Source of the DNA: Opitutia bacterium KCR 482
GTDB taxonomy: Bacteria > Verrucomicrobiota > Verrucomicrobiia > Opitutales > Intestinicryptomonadaceae
Assembly (NCBI GenBank): GCA_029269845.2
Contig: CP149973.1
Span: forward strand, 1,020,001 to 1,052,000
Length of the DNA stretch: 32,000 bases
Direction of reading: 5' to 3'
Part shown: one piece after another, positions 23,607 through 32,000 of the stretch
How positions within the stretch are numbered: position 1 is the stretch's first letter
Layout: the number at the start of each line of letters is the position of its first letter
Position numbers and translations under genes: made by a program
The notes under the pieces: generated by a model
Told to the model about the DNA's origin: nothing
Seen by the model: the letters and a program-made list of their open reading frames with translations, nothing else
Databases searched by the model: none

Positions 23607-25024
23607 CCTACCGCCCCCTCCATTTGAAGTTCGATAAGCCTTTTCAGTTCCACCGAGTACTCCATTGGAAATTCCTGAACAAGGTCGTTGACGAAGCCGT
23701 TGACCGAAAGGCTGACCGCCTCGTTTTCGGAAAGTCCGCGCTGGCGCATGTAGAAAATCTGCTCCTCGCTGAGTTTCGAGACGCTCGCCTCGTGCTGTAC
23801 GCTGTTGTTGTGCCCCGAACAGATTATCGCGGGATAGGTGTCTGTGCGCGAATTCGTGTTTATCAGCAGGGCGTCGCATTCGGTGTTGTTTTTGCAGTCG
23901 CGGGAGGTATCGGGCATGTAGACCAGCCCGCGGTACGACGCCCGCCCGTTGCCTATGCTGACCGACTTCGACAGCACGTTCGAGCTTGTCTTGTCCGCCA
24001 AGTGTATCATTTTCGCGCCGGTGTCCTGATGTTGTCCGTTGTTTGCAAGGGCAATCGAAATCACTTCCCCCTTTGCCTCCCTGCCTTTGAGGACGACCGC
24101 GGGGTATTTCATTGTAATGCCGCTGCCGATGTTGCAGTCAACCCATCTGATTTGCGCGCCCTCCTCCGCCATGCCGCGCTTTGTCACCAAGTTGAACACG
24201 TTGTCCGACCAGTTCTGAACGGTTACGTACTGGATTTTCGCCCCTTTGAGCGCGACGAGTTCGACCACCGCCGAGTGGAGCGTTCCCGTCGTGAATCGCG
24301 GCGCGGTGCAGCCCTCCATGTACATCAGCTCCGAGCCTTCGTCGGCGATTATGAGCGTGCGCTCGAACTGCCCGAAGCTTTCGGCGTTGATTCTGAAATA
24401 CGCCTGCAATGGCTGTTTCACATGGACGCCTTTCGGTACGTAGATGAAGCTGCCGCCCGAAAATACCGCGCTGTTTAGCGCACTGAATTTGTTGTCGCCC
24501 GTCGGAATGATTTTGCCGAAATACTTGCGGAAGATTTCGGGGTATTTTTTAAGCCCCTCGGTGGAGTCCACGAAAATCACGCCGTCCTTTTCGAGGTGCT
24601 CTTTCATGTTGGAGTAAGCCGACTCAGAGTCGAACTGCGCCTCCACGCCCGCCAGAAACGAACGCTCCTGCTCTGGCACGCCGAGCTTTTCGAAAGTGCG
24701 CTTCACGTCGTCGGGAACTTCGTCCCACGATTTCTTCTTTTTTTCGGCTTTCGCCAGATAGTATCTGATTTTCGAAAAATCAAGCCCGTCGAGTTTTTTC
24801 GACGCCCAGTGCGTGGGCATTTCCATAGACTCGAACGTTTTGAGCGCGTTCAGGCGGAAGTCGCGAATCCAGTCGTCCTCGCCCTTGACTTTCGAAATGT
24901 ATTCCACGACTTCCCTCGTAAGCCCGACGCCCGCGTTGTACGCGTAGTCTTCGGCGAAGCTGAAATCGCCGATGCTTCTGTCGAGGTTCAGGCCTTCCGG
25001 CGTTTTGTCCGAAGCGTTTGCCAT
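23603..25024 (-). CDS. sufB: Fe-S cluster assembly protein SufB
   Basis: 473 aa. ...[28 protein letters not shown]...[59 protein letters not shown]. Confidence 0.95.
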   Translation of the reverse strand: MANASDKTPEGLNLDRSIGDFSFAEDYAYNAGVGLTREVVEYISKVKGEDDWIRDFRLNALKTFESMEMPTHWASKKLDGLDFSKIRYYLAKAEKKKKSWDEVPDDVKRTFEKLGVPEQERSFLAGVEAQFDSESAYSNMKEHLEKDGVIFVDSTEGLKKYPEIFRKYFGKIIPTGDNKFSALNSAVFSGGSFIYVPKGVHVKQPLQAYFRINAESFGQFERTLIIADEGSELMYMEGCTAPRFTTGTLHSAVVELVALKGAKIQYVTVQNWSDNVFNLVTKRGMAEEGAQIRWVDCNIGSGITMKYPAVVLKGREAKGEVISIALANNGQHQDTGAKMIHLADKTSSNVLSKSVSIGNGRASYRGLVYMPDTSRDCKNNTECDALLINTNSRTDTYPAIICSGHNNSVQHEASVSKLSEEQIFYMRQRGLSENEAVSLSVNGFVNDLVQEFPMEYSVELKRLIELQMEGAVG

Positions 25025-25768
25025 TTAAATGTCCTTCAACCAGTCGTATCCCTTTTGCTCCAATTCGAGCGCAAGTTCCGCGCCGCCGCTTTTGACGATT
25101 CTGCCGCCGCTCATGACGTGCACCCTGTCGGGCTTGATATATTCAAGCAGTCTGTGATAGTGGGTGATAAGCAGCATTCCGATGTTCGCCCCGCGCGCGG
25201 TGTTGACGCCCTCGGAGACGATTCGCAGGGCGTCGATGTCAAGCCCGCTGTCGGTTTCGTCGAGAATCGCGAAGCTCGGTTCGAGCATGAGCATTTGGAG
25301 AATGTCGCAGCGTTTTTTCTCGCCGCCGCTGAAACCGTCGTTGACGCTTCTTGAAGTGAACGGGCGCGGCATTTTAAGCTCGTCCATTTTTGCGTAGAGC
25401 TTTTTGTAGAATTCCACGGGGTTGACCGTTTCGCCCTCCGGCAGACGCGCGTTCAGGCACGCGCGAATGAAGTTCGCAATGCTCACCCCGGGAATCGAAA
25501 CGGGATACTGGAACGCGAGGAAAAACCCCTTGCGGGCTATTTCGTCGGGCGGAAGCCCCACGATGTTTTCGCCGTTGAGCAGCACTTCGCCGGAGCAGAT
25601 TTTGTAGTCGGGGTGTCCGGCAATCGCCTTGGAAAGGCTTGTCTTGCCCGTTCCGTTGGGCCCCATTATCGCGTGGACTTCACCCGCGGGAACGGTCAGA
25701 TTCATTCCGTCCACGACGTTTCTGTCGCCCACGCGCACAACCAAATTTTTGATTTCCAAACCGGTCAT
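25025..25768 (-). CDS. sufC: Fe-S cluster assembly ATPase SufC
   Basis: [10 protein letters not shown]...[12 protein letters not shown] (Walker A)...[15 protein letters not shown] (ABC signature)...[15 protein letters not shown] (Walker B). Its stop abuts the sufB start. Confidence 0.95.
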   Translation of the reverse strand: MTGLEIKNLVVRVGDRNVVDGMNLTVPAGEVHAIMGPNGTGKTSLSKAIAGHPDYKICSGEVLLNGENIVGLPPDEIARKGFFLAFQYPVSIPGVSIANFIRACLNARLPEGETVNPVEFYKKLYAKMDELKMPRPFTSRSVNDGFSGGEKKRCDILQMLMLEPSFAILDETDSGLDIDALRIVSEGVNTARGANIGMLLITHYHRLLEYIKPDRVHVMSGGRIVKSGGAELALELEQKGYDWLKDI

Positions 25769-25804
25769 TTTACATCTTCTTTTCTAAAAGGACTTCCCCG
25801 CCGT

Positions 25805-26212
25805 TCAGCCTTTGCGCCTGCCCTTTTTTGCGGGCAGGAAAGGCGCGACAAACGCCTCGCGGAAATCGAAGCCGCCCGCGAAGTCCTCCAATTTATCCTC
25901 GTCGGTTTTGCGCAGCGCCTGCGCGCGCACCATGTTGAAAACTATCTGCCCGATATCCTCCGTCGAGCGCACGCCCCACTCTTCGAAGAGCGTCATCGCC
26001 ATCGGTCCGAAAGTTTCGAGCGCGAAATCTTTGACGCCCTCCAACAGCTCCGCCGCCGAGACGTGGCGTTCGGTTCGGGAGGGGTCTTCCGCGCACGCGC
26101 GTTTGACGGTGAAGTCCAACGCCATGCGCACAAAGACGTACGCGCCTACGCCGTAGCGTTTGTCGTCCCTCAAAATGGATTCGAGCGTCTTCTGAAAATT
26201 CCGCATTCCCAT
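25805..26212 (-). CDS. Small conserved hypothetical protein resembling the PVC-restricted Minf_1886 family (recalled from memory, not searched)
   Basis: 135 aa. RYGVGAYVFVRMALDFTV...RHVSAAELLEGVKDFALETFGPMAMTLFEEWGVRSTEDIGQIVFNMV...DFAGGFDFREAF. It lies 36 nt upstream of sufC on the same strand. Confidence 0.65.
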   Translation of the reverse strand: MGMRNFQKTLESILRDDKRYGVGAYVFVRMALDFTVKRACAEDPSRTERHVSAAELLEGVKDFALETFGPMAMTLFEEWGVRSTEDIGQIVFNMVRAQALRKTDEDKLEDFAGGFDFREAFVAPFLPAKKGRRKG

Positions 26213-26242
26213 GGCTTTTTATATCGGCAAAAAGGAAAATTT

Positions 26243-29500
<3,258 letters not shown>

Positions 29501-29636
29501 AATTTGTGTAAAATTTTTTGCGGCTGCAATCCGCCTATATAAAAAATCCCGCAAATCCTACACGCGCGACGACGCCGCGCAAGCAAAAAAGCAATCCGCC
29601 CCGACGATGCGCGGGTGCGGTTTTGCCGCCGCGCGC

Positions 29637-31541
29637 CTACGAGACCGAAATGCGAAGGCGCAGGGAATGCGCGTCTGCGCAGAGCGGAAGCGCCTCGAAG
29701 CCGCACACATGGTTGAAGATGCGCCCGTTGGGGGTGTCGGAAATTTTCAGCGGCCTGTCGGACTCCACTTTGACGGTGTGCCCGTCCCTGTAAATTTCGG
29801 CGCAATTTGCCGAAACCATTTTGTACGAGTCCGCCGAAGAGCAGATTATCGGCACTGTTATGCGCGGCGACTTCGCCGAAGCCGCGCACGAGAACGCAAG
29901 CTCCGCGCAGTCGGGCGAGAACCCGTAGCGCATTTCGCACTCCGCGACCCCAGATTTCGGCGCGTTCTGGCGGATGTCGACAAGCGCGCCCGCGCCCCAA
30001 ACCTCCGCCGCGCGGCGGCCGCCTTTCGACGAAATTTTGCAGGCGAGACATTTGTCCGACGAATAAGAAACGCCGTCCTCGACCGTCTCGATTCGCGGCG
30101 TGAGGCTCGCAAAGCTTGCGCCGGTTTCGGGCTGCATGTTGTCAATCTCGAACAGCGCGTATTCGGTCATGCTCGACGCCGAGACCGCGCCGACTTTCGA
30201 ATTCCAGAGAAGCGAAAGCGTGCCGCCCGTCGGGTGTCCCTGCGGCGTCTTGGGGTAGTAGACGGAATCGTAGGCGCTTATCGTCGCCCGCCAGTCGCCG
30301 ACCGACACAAGCGAAGTGTCCACGTCGGCAAAATGCTTCACGCCGTAAACCTCTTCGCGCGGAAGCTGCGCGGCGGGGTTGCCCGCGGGCTTTGCATGCG
30401 GGCGCGTCAGAATGTCGGCAAGCCCCTTCATCTGCACGAAAGAATGGTGTATGCACGGCTTGACACCGTGAGAAGCGTAGTGCAAGCCGCCCGCGAGAAG
30501 CCCGTCGGCAGTGCACCGTTCCAGCAAGCGCAGGTTGGCGGAGGCGGCGCGGAGGAAACGCGCGTCCCTGTCGGCAAGGCTTTCGAACATCGCCACGCAG
30601 CCGTCGGAGGTTCTGCTGCCCCAGTACGACCATTTGAAGCTTCGGGTGCAGAAGCTTCCGTCTATTGCTCCGTCGGGGAGAACGAACTCCAAGTGGGCGG
30701 CGGCGACTTCCGAAACGTAGTCGCGCAGTTCCGCGTTTCCGACAAGCTTTGAGTACGCCTCGATTAGCGGCAGGGTCTCGGCGATGTTGTAGCCGATATC
30801 TATTCCCTTCAAGCCCTTTGCGCTCTCGCGTTCGAGCGGGTGGATTTCGCCGAAAACGAGTTTGTCGCGCTCCGACACAAGGCGTTTGAACGCGCCCGCG
30901 TAGTAGTCGCCGCGCTGGCGGAAACGCTCCACGTCGAGCACATGCCCCACGAGCGCGAGCGAATACGCCGCCCCTATGACGTAGTTTGCGTTCGGCTTTC
31001 CCAGCCACTGATAGCCGTACATGAAATCGCCCGCCTTGTAGAGGCGGTCGCGCATTTTTTTCAGGTGCTTCGGCTCTATTATATCGGAGTATTTCGAAAT
31101 CGACTCCGCCATCGCCATGCAGCGGAACGCCGTGATTCCGCGCCACGAGTTGCGGAAATCGTTGCGCCACGAGCCGTCGGGGTTCGACATGAATTTTTCC
31201 TGCCAGTTGAACAGCCCCTCGGCGGCGTCGGAATAGCGCGAATCGCCGAGTTTTTTTGCGAGATACAAAAACGGATATTCAGCGTCGCCCACGCGCCCGT
31301 GGAGAATGTCGCAGGCGGGGCACTTTATAGCCCCCGCGTGCCCGCCGCTTTTTATTTGGAGGTCGAGCAGAGACTTTCCCCAAGTCTCCAAAAGAGACTC
31401 GCAACGCGCGTAAAATTCGGCGTCCAACGCGCCCTCCGCGACGGGTTTCCGCCCGCCTTTCGACATGCAGCCGAAGCCCGAAAGCGCGGCAAGCCCCGCC
31501 GTTGCGCCGACGGCGGTTTTAATGAAATTCCTTCTGTCCAT
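29637..31541 (-). CDS. TAT-signal exported hypothetical protein (634 aa), possibly an alpha/alpha-toroid glycan-active enzyme
   Basis: N-terminus MDRRNFIKTAVGATAGLAALSGFGC is a twin-arginine motif and possibly carries a lipid-anchor Cys. Composition is coding-like throughout. I recognise no confident family motif. Confidence 0.7.
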   Translation of the reverse strand: MDRRNFIKTAVGATAGLAALSGFGCMSKGGRKPVAEGALDAEFYARCESLLETWGKSLLDLQIKSGGHAGAIKCPACDILHGRVGDAEYPFLYLAKKLGDSRYSDAAEGLFNWQEKFMSNPDGSWRNDFRNSWRGITAFRCMAMAESISKYSDIIEPKHLKKMRDRLYKAGDFMYGYQWLGKPNANYVIGAAYSLALVGHVLDVERFRQRGDYYAGAFKRLVSERDKLVFGEIHPLERESAKGLKGIDIGYNIAETLPLIEAYSKLVGNAELRDYVSEVAAAHLEFVLPDGAIDGSFCTRSFKWSYWGSRTSDGCVAMFESLADRDARFLRAASANLRLLERCTADGLLAGGLHYASHGVKPCIHHSFVQMKGLADILTRPHAKPAGNPAAQLPREEVYGVKHFADVDTSLVSVGDWRATISAYDSVYYPKTPQGHPTGGTLSLLWNSKVGAVSASSMTEYALFEIDNMQPETGASFASLTPRIETVEDGVSYSSDKCLACKISSKGGRRAAEVWGAGALVDIRQNAPKSGVAECEMRYGFSPDCAELAFSCAASAKSPRITVPIICSSADSYKMVSANCAEIYRDGHTVKVESDRPLKISDTPNGRIFNHVCGFEALPLCADAHSLRLRISVS

Positions 31542-31586
31542 AATTCTCCCGTGTGTTTGTTGTGTGCCGAAAACCCGCGCCCCGCG

Positions 31587-32000
31587 CTATTCCTGCGACA
31601 TGAAATAACGCTGGCACGAAAACTGTTCCGCGCTCTTCATGTCCGCCGATTTGTAGTACGCGCCGTTGGGGTGCAGGACGCTCGAAAACTGGTTGTCTTT
31701 GAGCATTGCGGGCAGAATGTCGCCGACAATCCGCGCCTTGATGTCGGGGTCTTCAATCGGGAAGAGGCACTCTATGCGCTTGAACATGTTGCGGGTCATG
31801 ATGTCGCCGCTGCCCGCGTAGACGATTGGCGAGCCGCCGTTTTCGAAATAGTAGATGCGGCTGTGCTCCAAATAGACGCCCACTATGCTCTTGACGCTTA
31901 TGTTTTCGCTCATGCCCTTAACCCCCGGGACGAGCGCGCAGATGCCGCGGACAATCATGTCTATTTTCACGCCCGCGCGGGACGCCTCGTAAAGCGCGTC
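31587..32000 (-). CDS. ppk: Polyphosphate kinase 1, C-terminal part (the 5' end lies outside the window)
   Basis: The frame is open to the window edge. DALYEASRAGVKIDMIVRGICALVPG...YLEHSRIYYFENGG...YAGSGDIMTRNMFKRIECLFPIEDP is the PPK1 C-terminal PLD-like domain pattern. Confidence 0.9.
   Translation of the reverse strand, partial: DALYEASRAGVKIDMIVRGICALVPGVKGMSENISVKSIVGVYLEHSRIYYFENGGSPIVYAGSGDIMTRNMFKRIECLFPIEDPDIKARIVGDILPAMLKDNQFSSVLHPNGAYYKSADMKSAEQFSCQRYFMSQE

Overview
This looks like a chromosomal segment of a moderately GC-rich bacterium, probably from the PVC group (Verrucomicrobia, Lentisphaerae or Kiritimatiellae). That placement is an inference. It rests on prepilin-type N-termini, a TAT-exported Gfo/Idh/MocA enzyme, a discoidin-domain protein and a small protein resembling the PVC-restricted Minf_1886 family. 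I call 28 protein-coding genes. The housekeeping genes are cysS (3' part), ispH, secG, an M29 aminopeptidase, rluD, metY, sufCBD, carB and ppk (3' part). There is a complete pseudopilin block, gspG-H-I-J-K, with no secretin, ATPase or platform gene in the window. An accessory glycan-type block lies on the minus strand at about 5.3-15.9 kb. It holds an outer-membrane beta-barrel, a 1119-aa clan GH-A-like exported enzyme, and an operon of a discoidin-domain protein, a TAT Gfo/Idh/MocA oxidoreductase and a 4-TM membrane protein with a CKCGCKCGC tail. It also holds two xylose-isomerase-like TIM-barrel proteins, one of them exported. I saw no rRNA, tRNA, CRISPR array, transposase or integrase. The points most worth follow-up are these. 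(1) The oxidoreductase / TIM-barrel / membrane-protein set may be a periplasmic oxidative glycoside-cleavage module. (2) Three unusually long convergent intergenic spacers are strongly C>G and A>T skewed on the + strand, bracketed by terminator hairpins, and one carries a repeated C-rich 16-mer. (3) Duplicated operator-like repeats lie upstream of the large hydrolase gene. (4) A Minf_1886-like gene sits at the head of sufCBD. Most long ORFs in the six-frame track are codon-aligned antisense or off-frame artefacts, and I rejected them. I see no convincing defence-type or otherwise clearly novel multi-gene system. All functional calls come from my own reading of the translated sequences and motifs, not from database searches.
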